A stretch of DNA of 50,357 nt, the filler included, from Dimargaris cristalligena (lineage: Eukaryota), in NCBI GenBank assembly GCA_003614675.1. It is 2 parts of 2 records of this genome, joined end to end, with 100 filler letters (N's around TTAATTAATTAA, not from the genome) between each part and the next. Parts side by side here need not be neighbours in the genome. Positions count along the whole stretch, not along the records: positions 1 to 25,143 come from ML002570.1; 1 more part is not named here. The stretch is one strand, 5' to 3'. The position numbers and the translations under genes were made by a program. Shown piece after piece: positions 1 through 12,636 of the stretch (position 1 is its first letter; the number at the start of each line of letters is the position of its first letter). The notes below the pieces were generated by a model, which had not been told where the DNA came from, did not search any database, and saw nothing but the letters and a program-made list of their open reading frames with translations.

Positions 1-982
1 TAGTATATAAGGGGTGGGTGGTTGCACTGTGGTAAAAATATTCGGAATATGTATAAAAATATATATAAATGTGAACTTACTTTTTGTAAAATCCAATGGA
101 TGGGTTTTACAATGGGCGCCTTAGGATCGGCCGTGGGGTAATCCCTACTCGGCCGATCCTTGCCTTTAGATGAAAATAATGAGGTCAAAGTCATACTTGA
201 ATGGTGGATATGACTTAAACTATAGATTTGAACACCCTGGGGGGCCTGTGTATTTATATATCTCCGGGGGTACATCACCTCACCCAGAGAAAACAGGCGT
301 ATTAGACGGGGAATATGGGTTTCCCTTACAAGAAAAAGAGAATTAATGAGGCCATTGGTGAAGCGAATTTTTAACATTTTCCAATGTTACAGTATTTCCT
401 AGTTGGGTTTTCCTTGTATTGTATCCTTCCTTCTAATCCAATCCAATTCAATCATAAACACCACTGGTATTGTGGTTTTACATATCTTAATAGCAGACTC
501 CGACCTTTTTCTTGAAGGTGGTGACTCTTTCACTAATAACAGTACTTCCCACCCATTTGGAAAAACATTCATTCTATGGATAACAATGCTTTTCCCTGCC
601 GTAGTCAAGAACAATTCGGCTATTCCCATTGATTTTCCCTACTAGCTAGAAACAAGATAAACTAGCATTATCCTATTTGTCCATTGTTAATACGGCCTTC
701 CATTCCTGGTTACTGACCCTTTTTTCCACATATTCTGCATTCGAGTTGTTTAGCTAGATATGGCACCCTTGTTTCCCACCCCCTATGTCTTGTTAATGTC
801 TAAGTGTAATGCCAATGCCACTATTCCTTCAAGGTATGGCGCCACCAAGCCGACTTCAGTTGGATTAGGCGTTACCATAGGTTTTAAAAATGTATCATAA
901 AACTGAATGCCTTTTTTGTCATGGAAACTAGAATATTCCTCAATGTAGATATATGTGAATATTTTATGGGGCCCTTTTGTGC

Positions 983-1125
983 ATATGGCAGGAGTTCATC
1001 CAGGCTGTTTAACGAAAAATCCATTTGATGAGGTAAATATTACTGGTCAAAAGTTATTCTCCCATATATTATCCCATACACATTTTGTGTAAAATCTTAT
1101 ACAGTTGGGTTGAAGTTTACCCATA
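983..1125 (+). mobile_element. MITE-like ~144-bp element, copy 1
   Basis: atatggcaggagttcatccaggctgtttaacgaaaaatccatttgatgaggtaaatattactgg...tatacagttgggttgaagtttacccata; alignable by eye to five other copies, with imperfect ~30-bp terminal inverted repeats (TIRs). Confidence 0.85.
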
Positions 1126-1339
1126 CTTAAATAGTAAAGTGAATTACTTATGATTAGATTGATAAGTCAACTACTACCAATAAATAGTATTATTATCTAT
1201 GGGTTTCTAGGATTTGTGGACTTGGACAGGAGATTTTCGCAACTATGACTCCTTTATTTTTTATCATAAAGTACATGGTTGCCTATGGCACACAGCTTAT
1301 TTGGTGGGTAATGTTGGATGGTTGATGGTAACCGTGAAT

Positions 1340-1361
1340 TATATATATATATATATATATA
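1340..1361. repeat. (TA)n microsatellite
   Basis: About 11 TA units. Confidence 0.9.
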
Positions 1362-2979
1362 CTAGTCCTATTAAGATGAGTTTTGGTGTAAACAGAAACC
1401 CCGCCATAGGGTTTAAAGTCTTGAGTGAATAGTATTATAGACTGGTTTTGGAGTTCAAGGAACTTGAGGACAATCGACAGGCTGAGGATGTATGATGTGG
1501 GGTTATATACGTCATCGATTCATGGGTGGCTCGCATGGATGTATCATTTGATTTGCCAACATGGACATGTTTTGAAATTATTTATAAGCACCGCCTTGCG
1601 GCGTGACAGGTGTGCTGATGAACTGGGGATGAAGTGCATTCCTTGGGGCACTGGGCATATATGGAGAGTAATCAAATCGGACTTCAGCAATGATTCGGCG
1701 ACTCATACTGTTTACCAAATTAATGCCCGCTTTATCCGGGAGCACCTGTTGTGGGAAATGAAATATATTGTCCATCAAACGCATCCTAGGTATAACCCAT
1801 ACCTTAGCAAAAACTAGTTTCATAGATGGCTGCAGTATAGATGGTAAGGGATGAGAAAGCCAGGGCCCGCCATCTTAGACCCCGAGATCGCCTATATTTT
1901 ACCACCTTCATCTCAGGATTCCTATGTTGCTTTCTTTAAATAGTGCTGATTGTGTGGCATGATTATTGATCGAATCAGTTGCTGCCATAGCTATATTTGC
2001 CCTAGTCTCCACCCGCGGTCTTTTTCAATACCCCTTTTAATTAATTTGCTCCAATGGATGGGTTTTATAGTATTGTCTAGGTGGTCGGAACGATCAGTGG
2101 CTCCTAGTTATAATGCGTAACCGGCAGGAAATTTGAGGGAATTATGCCGTGTTGCTGTTATTACCTACCAATAGAATGCCAGTTTATACTCAAAGATTCC
2201 CTAGTTTGGGGGAATAAATGTCTCACGCATGAACTGGGTTTACTATTACCCGCTTTTGACCCCAAGAAACGGGTCGCCGGGACTTCTATGGAAGAATCGG
2301 TTGGCTATTTTTGACCAAACCGCTTTAATGGTGCATCTGTTGGAGCAAAAGTCTCTAGCCCTGCTAACGAAACCATTTGCAATTCTGGTTTCGGAGAATT
2401 ATTGACTGGTATGTGAGATCCAGGGACCCCCTCGTGTGGGTAAGGTAGCGCGGCTTCCTTGTTAGATTTGTTGGTCAACAAATGATCACACCCCCATTCT
2501 ACCGAGAATGCCATTATTATGGGCACGTTGGCCAAATGACTGACTACACCTCACCCGCCCAGTCAGACCGTTCGACTCAGCCATTGCACCGGCTTGATGG
2601 GTTGATAATGTAAATCAACTACCCTGGTTCGTCATCAATTTGGATAGTCTGTTAAAGCGGGCGGGGTGAATAACGGTGGGGCGAATGATGCGGGCATGTG
2701 GCAAAGGCCGGCTTGGGTAGAGGCTAGTAGCACCTCTACTATAACCCCATCGATGACGTTAGCCTTGTGCAGAGCGCTATGTGGAGTGGATAAACGTTAT
2801 AATGCCCACCAAATGATTGCCCTGTTTTCCCTCTTTATTATTATTTTGCATTGTCCATTTGTAACACCCCATCCGAGGCCGCCGCCTTTATCACCCCAAC
2901 TATACCCCAGCTTTGTTATACTTACATAAGCGGTCATCTGCCCACCCCCCCTTTTTTTTTGCAATAACTCCCCTCTTAC

Positions 2980-5169
2980 ATGCCCCGCTCGCCCAAATTA
3001 CCTCAGCCAGTGCCCATCGGACCTGACAAGGGCAAACCGGCATCGAGCGCTTCCATGTTTCATCGTGCTTCCGCGGCAATTGAGGCTAAGATCCCCCGGA
3101 GCTTTCCGCGCCGTAGAAATTCCGATGACCAGGACGCTGGACCCGATGCCGGCTCCTCCGCTAAATTCCTCAGCAAATCGGCCCAGGACGGGGCCAAGCA
3201 GCAACTTGGTGTGTATCGGTCGTCCACCGTCGAAACGCTACGCCCCCCGGGAGACCAGCAATACACGGTTTCCTTCTCCAGCGACTTTAGAGACTATGAC
3301 CTCCTAACGCCTATTGGCTATGGGTCGTCAGCGGTAGTGTATAAGGGGGTCCATCGGCCCAACCGGCTGCTGGTGGCCATTAAAATCATCGACCTGGACA
3401 TGTTTGAGCGGCGCCAAATCGATGAACTCCGCCGTGAAACCCAAATCATGTCGCTGAGTCGTCACCCCAACGTCCTCGAGGTCCTATCGGCCTTTGTGCA
3501 GGATTCCAAACTTTACTTGGTGACGCCCTACCTGGCCGGCGGCTCCTGTCTCGATATCATTAAGACGGGGTTTCGCCGGGGCGTGGATGAATTTTCCATT
3601 GCCCTGATTCTTAAACAGGCCCTCAAGGCCCTGGACTATATTCACCGCACGGGCCATATCCATCGCGACGTGAAAGCCGGTAATTTGTTAATCGACGCGT
3701 CGGGCTGGGTCAAGCTGGCTGACTTTGGCGTCAGCTCGTCCCTGACCGACACTGTGGGTAGCGAACGGCAGGGAGTTCGACTCACCTTTGTAGGTACCCC
3801 ATGCTGGATGGCCCCTGAGGTCATTGAGGAAAAGGCGTACGATGCCAAAGCGGATATTTGGTCGTTTGGCATTACCGCCTTGGAACTGGCCACGGGAGAA
3901 GCTCCCTTGGCCAATCTACCGGCCCTCAAAGTACTCATGACAACCTTATCGAAACCCCCGCCAGCGTTGGATCGGGGGAATAGCCAGTATAAGTATTCGA
4001 AAAGCTTTGAGGATTTGATCAGCCAGTGTCTGCAAAAAGATCCCCGCCAGCGACCTACCGCCCAGGGTCTTCTACAACACACCTTTTTCCGCAAAGCCCG
4101 CAAGACGCATCACTACGGCCATTTGGTCACCCATCTGTTGCAACGGGTGCCCGTGCTCGAACAACGCCCCCATCGGCCGCCAGACCGGGCCCCCGAACAA
4201 TTCGCTCGCGGAGTCTCTTGGGACTTTTCCCAAATATCCACCCCACGTCCCGAGGAACGGACCGAATTTCTAGGGGGTGAGTACTTTGGAGCCGCCCCAA
4301 TTATTGCTGAACCCAGTGATGAGAATGATGATGACGGTGAGGGTGAGGATAACGCGATTCATGGGACGCGTGATGAACCCGACTTATCCGATGGCGGCAA
4401 CCCTGGCCTGTCAACTAATAGCCCCCACCGAACTACCCCTGGCACGACTCCTGTTATTGATACCCAACACCTCCCCTCTAATCCAATCCTGGGGCAGTCT
4501 CCACCAAATTCTTTACCCGAAATTGAATCATTGAATCCAACCACGACCGGCAGTTTGGACCCGACTGGACCCGCCCCCGCATCCTCCAAGTTTAAAGTGG
4601 GCCGATTCTCGGTATCCACGGCAACCGCTAATACTCATGCTGACCAGAGCCTATCCTCCCACACCTCCGATATACTAGGGGTTCCCGAATCGGAGCTAAA
4701 TCCCTCCGGCCATTTCGCCCGTTACCCTTCGCACGAGCCCGATTCCTCCTGGCCGCCCCTAAGTGCCCCGCCAGTTGTCATGAATACCAACACGAACACC
4801 AGTCACCATACCAATACGATCACGAATCGACGGGGTCGTTTTGCCGTAAACCGTACCGAAGGAGCTGGCGCCGATACTAATGCACCCGCCCCGCCCCCTC
4901 TACCCACTGAGCCGAGCGTTGTTGTTGGCGATCCTTACGATGCTCTATTAACTCGTCTCCAGGTTACCCTGGGAACGTCGAACGGATCCTCGTCTGACCC
5001 AATCCCAGCCGATGCCCAGATGGAGGCTTTGCTGGAAGCCGTGCGACGCTTGAAATCCTCCCACGCCTCGTTACAATCAGAAAATCGCCAACTTCGGTTG
5101 CAGAATGACATTCTCCAGCGACAGTTGGTTATCCCAAAGCCCACTGGGGAGCCACCAGCGTCGCCATAA
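2980..5169 (+). CDS. STE20/GCK-VI (OSR1/SPAK/Fray-like) Ser/Thr kinase, intronless, 729 aa
   Basis: Kinase motifs IGYGSSAVVY, VAIK, HRDVKAGN, DFG and the activation loop RLTFVGTPCWMAPEV typical of OSR1/SPAK-like kinases. Followed by a low-complexity tail and a C-terminal coiled-coil-like segment (SLQSENRQLRLQNDILQRQL). Confidence 0.9.
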   Translation: MPRSPKLPQPVPIGPDKGKPASSASMFHRASAAIEAKIPRSFPRRRNSDDQDAGPDAGSSAKFLSKSAQDGAKQQLGVYRSSTVETLRPPGDQQYTVSFSSDFRDYDLLTPIGYGSSAVVYKGVHRPNRLLVAIKIIDLDMFERRQIDELRRETQIMSLSRHPNVLEVLSAFVQDSKLYLVTPYLAGGSCLDIIKTGFRRGVDEFSIALILKQALKALDYIHRTGHIHRDVKAGNLLIDASGWVKLADFGVSSSLTDTVGSERQGVRLTFVGTPCWMAPEVIEEKAYDAKADIWSFGITALELATGEAPLANLPALKVLMTTLSKPPPALDRGNSQYKYSKSFEDLISQCLQKDPRQRPTAQGLLQHTFFRKARKTHHYGHLVTHLLQRVPVLEQRPHRPPDRAPEQFARGVSWDFSQISTPRPEERTEFLGGEYFGAAPIIAEPSDENDDDGEGEDNAIHGTRDEPDLSDGGNPGLSTNSPHRTTPGTTPVIDTQHLPSNPILGQSPPNSLPEIESLNPTTTGSLDPTGPAPASSKFKVGRFSVSTATANTHADQSLSSHTSDILGVPESELNPSGHFARYPSHEPDSSWPPLSAPPVVMNTNTNTSHHTNTITNRRGRFAVNRTEGAGADTNAPAPPPLPTEPSVVVGDPYDALLTRLQVTLGTSNGSSSDPIPADAQMEALLEAVRRLKSSHASLQSENRQLRLQNDILQRQLVIPKPTGEPPASP

Positions 5170-6413
5170 TTTAACTAGCCGTCTCCACCTTCGTACCTTC
5201 ACCCCACTTCAAAGTCCCTATGGAACTAGAATTGCTCTGTTGATATTAATGATTTAGGCTCATATGATTGTATTATGTATACTGGGGAAAAAGTCTCAGT
5301 GTAGTAGCCAATGTAGCAGTTTCCTTTTTTTGGTATGTATTTACGTTATCGTACCGTTGTTTTTGTACAGTTTAACGACTAGTTGTCTGAGGCTGAAGTC
5401 CCGGTGATCCCCGTATGGGTAAGGTTCAGTATGGCTTCATAGTGAAACCCCCGAATACTAGCCAGCCAATCCAAGTGAAGCCCACTTGGACGTGAAAATC
5501 TGAAGAGTTGCGGGGTGTTTGTTTTTTTTTAGGGCCACAGCCGAAACTTGACTTTAAATTCAAGGCAATGGACTGAACCCCAACGTTATTGCCATTGTAG
5601 TTAGCTGGAGAGGGATCGGTTTCCACCGTTACCGAATGGACCGAGATATCTGTAGCCTGCAAAATGAAGGGAAAACATGAGTGCCAAGGTATATATGGGG
5701 TAATGGTAAGAAACAGCCTGGTTTCGAGGATGGTGCACAATGGATCATATTGCTGCGCAAAGTATTCACAGCTAATGGTGCCTATTAGACCAATGGTTCG
5801 CGTTGCTTGCTGAGCCGGTGAGAAGCCGGTTGGATAACCATCTCGCCAGGAAATACAAATGAAAGTAATTGGGAATTAAACCAGCCAGTTTGAAAGAGTC
5901 GCCCTGGGAATAGAGGCATTCCAGATTTTCAGCTGATTCAACGTATCTTGAAATGTGTGTTTATCCATCTGCTAATATGCGTCATATTACGGCACACTAT
6001 ATAGGTATATGTCCCCACTTTAGTATCACTTGGCTCCATAGCCGCCCTGACTGCTTTCCATTTTTTTTACAGACAATCTAGTGGTGAGTACAACCGAATC
6101 CCCCCAAAAAAGAGGCATTAATGGCACTTACTATCAATAATCCTGAGCCAAGTATAGGCTATTGGCCCACCAGGTTTAAATACTTATTGACGCTGGGCTA
6201 ATCCTGAAATACCCCTACCAACATAGTGTCTATTTTCACATTAGCATTGCAGGCTGTCACATAAAATCGGCCTTAGCCACCCTTATTGTCACGACCTGCT
6301 AATAAATATAGGCATCGGGTGACCGTACTCACCCACTTCACTTTACAGTATTATACTATATAACCTTTTCTAGTTTCATTTATACAACAGGAATGACGAC
6401 TTTTATCACAAGA

Positions 6414-8929
6414 TCAGTAAATCCGCCATAATGTGATTTTTTTGTCTTTTGAACCAGCGGCAATTAAATTCGTCTCCACAGGCGCTGGCGGGGGCCTGTG
6501 GGTGAGGCTATTAGAACAGGCCTGAGTTTCGTCACAGCCTATCATAACAGAAACGGGCGCATTGGCCGAATTGTAATTACTGGACGAAGGTTGGGCGGGG
6601 ATCAGCAATGAAGGATCAGTATTACCGTTAGCTACCTGGTGGTCCGTACCATCACCATAGTCAAGCTGGCCCTCCTCTCCTGCCTCTTTAGCCGAACTGG
6701 CGGAGTGTAATCCTGGGCGGACCACCGTCCCAGATGCATCCGCTTCCTGGCCCGAAGGGACGGGTATTCCACTGACCTGATTGGGCAGTATGTCAGGTAC
6801 AGCCAAACAGTGCACCAGTTCCCGGTGGTTGGATAAAACAGCCAGGGTAGTTAGCGTTTGTGCGTGGAGAACACGAATCTGGGCATCCCATCCAGCGGCT
6901 ATGATGATATTTCCATCCGAACGAATTCGAATGTCAGCCGTACCCGGCTGGGACAGCTCTGCTACGGAATCGATTTGGTCTGGCGGAAGTGTGGCGGGAA
7001 TCGTGGGCTCAATCCGGTTATGGATTCGGAACCGCACAATTCGATCATCTGCCGAGCCGGTGCACCCGAAAGTAGCCGTAGAGTCAATGTCCATACATAG
7101 GACTAGGATGGCCAAAAAATATTAATATATGGTTAAAACACCAGTTTCCGAAAATAATAAAGACGGTTGAGGGATATTAGTGTCCGTGGTAAAATAATAC
7201 TGAATATGTGTATATGAGTGATGGTATTAGTAGACAAATTCCATCGTAGGGTTAGGGTGTAAATGCTGGTACTTGAGGGCTTGTCCGACTGATACTCAAG
7301 TTACTGAGAGAAATTGTAATGTAGGTCACTGCTAATACATATATATACATGTATGTATAAGCAGTTTTCATAGGTAGACCGGGATAGCGGCAGCATGGGT
7401 ATCATGGGTAGCATTTCTGGTATGGGAATCGGGCAATCGATACAATACCTGCAGATTTAATGGCACATAACTTAGGGCTAATTATAACCAATGACCCTTA
7501 CCTGGTTCACTATGAAGCACTTGCGACCATACGAGAGTAACGGACTGGTGCACAATCGCCCACAGGCTAACTTGCCCACCCTCGTGAGCCGTTAGCAGTG
7601 AGGGAAAATGTGGTTCAGACGAATCAGACTGTTGGACCGGCGGCACTAATCGAAGACACATGCACAGGCCTGGGGAGCCGGGAGAGCATGTGCATAGAAT
7701 ATAAGTGTATGAGATAGGGCAGGTTGGTGGTTAGCAGATGGCATTACGTCAATTATCGACTAAGAAAATAATAATAAATTGGAACAGTGGTGGCTGGGTA
7801 CTTACCGTGCTCTTGGGGTGTAGTAAACGAAAATGTTGAAAGGGTTTCAAACTCTCGGCCCATGTGTCGAACACTTAGCTACATAAAAGTGGATGCGGCC
7901 CATCACCGAAACGGTATTGCAATAGACATGGACAATTTGGCGGTTAAAAAACAGCTATGAATCGGTTACATGAGCGCAGGTACAAGAGGGTAATTAAATA
8001 GAATGTGGGATGCCCAAGGCATGCCAGTAGCATGGATTTAGGATTAGGCCGTAAACCTTACCTTGTTAGTAGTTGAGTCACCCAGCGAGATTATATAATG
8101 TTCGCGATTATCTAAATCCCAGTCCAATGCGTATATATAAAAAACAAAGGTACCATCCGAGGTAAGTTGTGTTGAACATATATAGCGTGTACTAACTAAT
8201 GCTAAGGGTATAGTATCTTCGGCAAAGGTTATTTGGGACGGAAATATCCCCCGGCCGAAGGCAAAGTAAGAAGAAACATAATATAGCGCGGTAGGTGTTT
8301 GCAGCAGCAGCATTTTGCCATACAAACAAGGAGGTCAGCTCTAGAAGAAAAGTAAACCTACCGGGGGTTGAGTAAGTTGTTAGGCGGCAAAAATTGATCG
8401 AATCAACGTTAAATGAAGCCCTGAGTGACAGTGTCGCACGGCTTTCTTCGTATGGGGAGGGTCGGTGAATGTTTAAATCCCAAATTTTAGCACGGTCATC
8501 GCGACTCTGGCTAATTAGAATACGGTCCCGGCACAGTGTAGTGACTGCAATTATAGGGCCTTCGTGGCACTCCTGTTTAAGTACAGGTCGCTTATAAAGC
8601 AAGTCCCAGAGAAACAGATTTCCGCATTCATCGCTGTTTGCCATCAAAAACGGGAGGGGGGTTGGCACAAAAGATAGTATGTATACAGTAATACCGGAAT
8701 AAGTTGGTTAAACACAAGGCAGGTTGGTTATGGTGTACGTTGTGGTTCTAAGTATCCCGCAGAAATAGACTCGGTGGTCCAAACTGTGAACCAACGCCCA
8801 ATGTTCGAAGGTCATGAATGCCTACCCTGAGACTAAGTATTCGCTGCCGTGAATGAAGGTCAAACTCCGAATTTCAGCCAAATGCCCCCGAAAGGTATAG
8901 CGGGGTATGAGGGGTCGGGGTTGGGCCAT
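6414..8929 (-). CDS. ASA1: WD40-repeat ASTRA-associated protein 1 (ASA1/GNB1L-like); 6 exons: 8929-8826, 8633-8362, 8111-8062, 7878-7806, 7669-7502, 7102-6414
   Basis: Manually spliced with phase-consistent GT-AG introns: MAQPRPLIPRYTFRGHLAEIRSLTF..SGDECGNLFLWD..SQSRDDRAKIWD..VDSINFC..GLCMCL..AHEGGQVSLW..HSEPVLCMD..GSADD..GTADIRIRSDG..AAGWD..LAVLSNH..IAAGSKDKKITLWRIY. These match my recall of ASA1 family motifs. Confidence 0.85.
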
Positions 8930-9268
8930 GGGCTATCGGGAAAGAGGTGGAGGGAGCTACTGTAAATGTTAAGAAGTGACTAGTAAACAAGGAACGGCAT
9001 GAAGTAAGTATAGGTAGGTTTGTTCAACCACAACCAGATAGTGGTGTCACGGAAATGACTAACGCTGAATGGGCCATACTTTTGGCTCCTAAGCCCTCCT
9101 GTGGTGTCTATAGTTTACACTGTAAGTTGACCCGATGGGTATCCAGCAAGGGGCCTGTAATTAATTATGAGAATACTGGTCATGTGATTAAGTAAGTCCG
9201 GTGCTTATAAGATGCTCAGTCTACCAGATTGCAACCCAGCATTAAATGCCTGCTATCAAAATCAACTG

Positions 9269-9417
9269 TATGGGAGAGTCTCAGCCAGGCTGTATAACGA
9301 AAAATCCGTTAGATGAGGCAAATATTACTGGTTAGAAATGAATCACTCACCTATTTTCCCATATATAAATATATATCATCAAATACCTTAAACAGTTGGG
9401 TCGAATTTCACCCATAT
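9269..9417 (+). mobile_element. MITE-like element, copy 2 (ASA1-RPN3 divergent intergenic region)
   Basis: tatgggagagtctcagccaggctgtataacgaaaaatccgttagatgaggcaaatattactgg...acagttgggtcgaatttcacccatat. Confidence 0.85.
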
Positions 9418-10136
9418 CTTAGTAAGTACAGCTTCAACCATATCATTAGATTTCGGTTTGCTATAATTATACCCTAGACTACTATATAGGGAATAGGGTC
9501 CCTACTCTTCATCCACTGGTTACATGGGAGGCAGTATCATTGACTGAATGGGCTACTTTGAACCTGAGGTCATAAATGATGTATAAATACTGAACAGCCA
9601 TCGCAATAGTTCCAAAGAATGTAGCCGCTAGTATGGATTTAAAGTAATGCCTCAATGTAATTATAACAATGGCTACGAGTAGGGCCAGTGCCTAATCCAC
9701 GTCTAAAAGATAAAATACACGATATTTCCCAAAGTACTCTACAAGCCAGTTGGTAGATAGCTCGACAAAGTTGGCGAATTTCCATTTCACCAGAGACCCA
9801 GTCCTGTTTTAACAGCCACTTGGACAAGGTCCGAATTACCACTCCCTTGGCCACTCACAGGAGAGTTACCACTGGTGGGGCTTTTTGGTACTTTTGACCA
9901 TTTACTTCCATGGCCAGTCGAGCTCGCGCAGACTCCGCTGACCAACCCCTTTCCCTGGAGGCCCCACAGCAGATGGATATACCATTCGTCGTGTGTGGAA
10001 AGGAGTCGAAGGAAAGAGCCAACCCGCCCATTATTAGCGTTACCTTTATTCGTATTCCGATGCTTAGAAATCGGCACCTCACTTGTCTTATTCTTTTAAC
10101 CCTTATTCCATTCCCATCCATTCAGTACTTTCCCCC

Positions 10137-11970
10137 ATGTCGAACGACCAGAAGATGAACGTGGAGGCCAAGGCCTCGGACAGTCCGGTCGAAGAGACCC
10201 CCGTCTCCTTCGAAAAAGGTAAGTATGCCTTGCCAGTAGACGCTTCCTCGACCATGCCTATCCCCTGTGCTCCGCTAATACTAGGGAACCGACCTGCTTC
10301 ATCTTGGCTGATCCCACCAATCCTTGGTCTACCATCTTCCACCTCCGCTCCCCTATTTATCGCTATCCCCGTGGCATGTAGACCTCGACCGCAGTATCCG
10401 AATCATTAAGAAGGGCGTCGCCAGCCTGGAAGCCCGCTACCTTCACCGCGTTCTCCGTACGCTTCCGGCCATGCGCAAGCTGGTGGATCCTTCCGTGTTG
10501 GCCCAAGCTATCCAGAAGCACTACTCCACTGGTAAGTACGCTTGGCCCAACGCCCATTCCAGGACATAACTCTCTTCCCCCATACTTATCACGGTGTTAC
10601 ATATCAGCCCTTTATATTTAGCCCCGACTCAGCTCGTTTAGGCCCACGGGCAGCTACCCGCCCATTTTCAGGGTTTTAACCTAGCCCTAGAACTATGTTA
10701 ACCTCATACACTGCCCTTTCCCGAACTAGAACTCGGCTATAAGAACCAGCTGCTCGACCTCCTGACTGAGTCCAACCCCGGTATGGAGGTGGATCAGAGC
10801 CCAGTCGCCACAAAGGAAACCGCTTCCGACGGACCTGAGGTCGGGGTGTTCCTGAGCTTGCTGGTACTCGTCCACCTTTTGGACGCCAAGAAGTTCGACG
10901 CCGGGCTAGCGCTGGCTACGACCCTCGCCACCCAGGTCATGGACCTCAACCGTCGCACGCTGGATCCCCTCGCTGCCAAGCTATTCTTCTACCTGGCCCG
11001 CTTCTACGAGCTGGCCGGGCGTTTGGCCGAACTCCGCCCTACCCTGCTGTCCAACTTGCGGACCGCCACCATCCACCGGGACACGGAGCTCCAGGCCGCC
11101 CTCCTCAACCTCAGTCTGCGTAACCTCATTCACTTTAACCTCTTTGAGCAGGCCGAAAAGCTGGCCTCCAAGACCGTATTCCCGGAGAAGGCCAGTAACA
11201 GCCAAACCGTGCGCTACATGTACTATCTCGGCCACATCAAGGCCATCCAGCTGGATTACACGACGGCCCACACTTACCTGTTGCAGGCCCAGCGTAAAGC
11301 GCCCCAGTCCAATGCGACGGTTGGCTTCCAGCAGTCCGTGCACAAGCTGTTCGTGATCGTCCAGCTGCTGATGGGCGAGATTCCGGAACGGTCTATTTTT
11401 CGCCAGTCCATATTGCGCCGCTCGTTGGCCCCTTACCTAGCCATTACCCAGGCGGTCCGCGTGGGCGACTTGGCCAAATTTCAACAGACGGTGGCCCAGT
11501 ACGAATCGCGGTTCCGGAGCGACCAAACGTACACGCTGATAATGCGACTCCGCCACAATGTCATCAAGACCGGTATCCGCATGATTAGCCTGTCCTACCT
11601 GCGTATTTCCCTGCGCGACATTTGCCTCAAACTCCACCTGGACAGCGAAGAGGACGCCGAGTACATCGTCGGCAAGGCGATCCGCGACGGGGTCATTGAC
11701 GCCGTCATTGACCACGAACACGGGTTCATCCAGTCCAAGGAAGTGGTGGACGTGTATTCGACCAGCGAGCCCCAAACGGCATTCAACCAGCGCATCGAAT
11801 TTTGCCTCAACCTGTACAACGATTCGGTCAAGGCCCTGCGGTTCCCACATAACGCGCACCAAAAGGACCTCGAGTATGCCACTGAGGTGCTGGAGCGTGA
11901 GCGTGAACTGGCCAAGGAGATTGCCCAGGGCGAATTCGACCCCGATAGCGATGCTGATATGGGTCTCTAA
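10137..11970 (+). CDS. RPN3: 26S proteasome lid subunit Rpn3 (PSMD3); exons 10137-10218, 10382-10531, 10730-11970
   Basis: Motifs NRRTLD, RYMYYLGHIKAIQLDY, LLMGEIPER, LRHNVIKTG, SEEDAEYIVGKAIRDGVIDA and YSTSEPQTAFNQRIEFCL (PCI domain plus Rpn3 C-terminus). Two GTAAGT..TAG introns are phase consistent. Confidence 0.96.
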
Positions 11971-12636
11971 TAGGAAGAGCTTATTATGTGGTGCACTTCC
12001 TTGAAGAAACGGACCCAAGTCCAATTGGGTTATTAGGGGGTATACCTTTATTTTGGATCATCACCAATTGCAATGTTACTGCAAAGACGTTTTATTTTTT
12101 CCATCCTTTCAGTGGCCATCATTCCGGATTCCTATTTTATTTTATTCATTCACATGTGATATAATAAAGGTGGGTTTGTAACAGTATACCTACCGATGGT
12201 CTTAGTAGCGGGTGGAAGCTGGCATTAAGGGTATACATGTAAGTAAGAAAATGGCTTTTATATGGAGTCCTTTATTCGCGATAAGATAAAAACTAGCAGA
12301 CTAAACAGGGATAATACCAAAAGCGGCAGTGCTATGAGAAATACGGCAATCAAGAGGGTTGGGATAAAGCATCTTTAATCGGGAAAATGAGGAAGACGGA
12401 GTGCCAGCAGTCAGTTGGATATTGCCTCTGAGCTGCTTTAATGGCATTCGTTTCGGTGAGTAGGATGGCGAAAATAGAGGAAGGTGATACAATTCGTCTT
12501 GAACAAGCCTAGGCTCTGGAACTAATAGCCTGGCTACTGTGGTCCGCCTTTCTCCCCCCTCTCCCCACACACATGAGGATGCCCTCCCGCGATCAATACG
12601 GGAGAGAAAGGTAGGTGGGGGGGGGGTTGTTGTCGT

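Noticed and set aside
1425-1823. 130-aa plus-strand and 81-aa minus-strand ORFs
   Set aside because: No recognisable domain or codon bias; they lie in degenerate AT-rich sequence.
5426-5740. 104-aa minus-strand ORF with a possible acceptor site (TTTTGCAG)
   Set aside because: No recognisable homology and no upstream exon could be supported.
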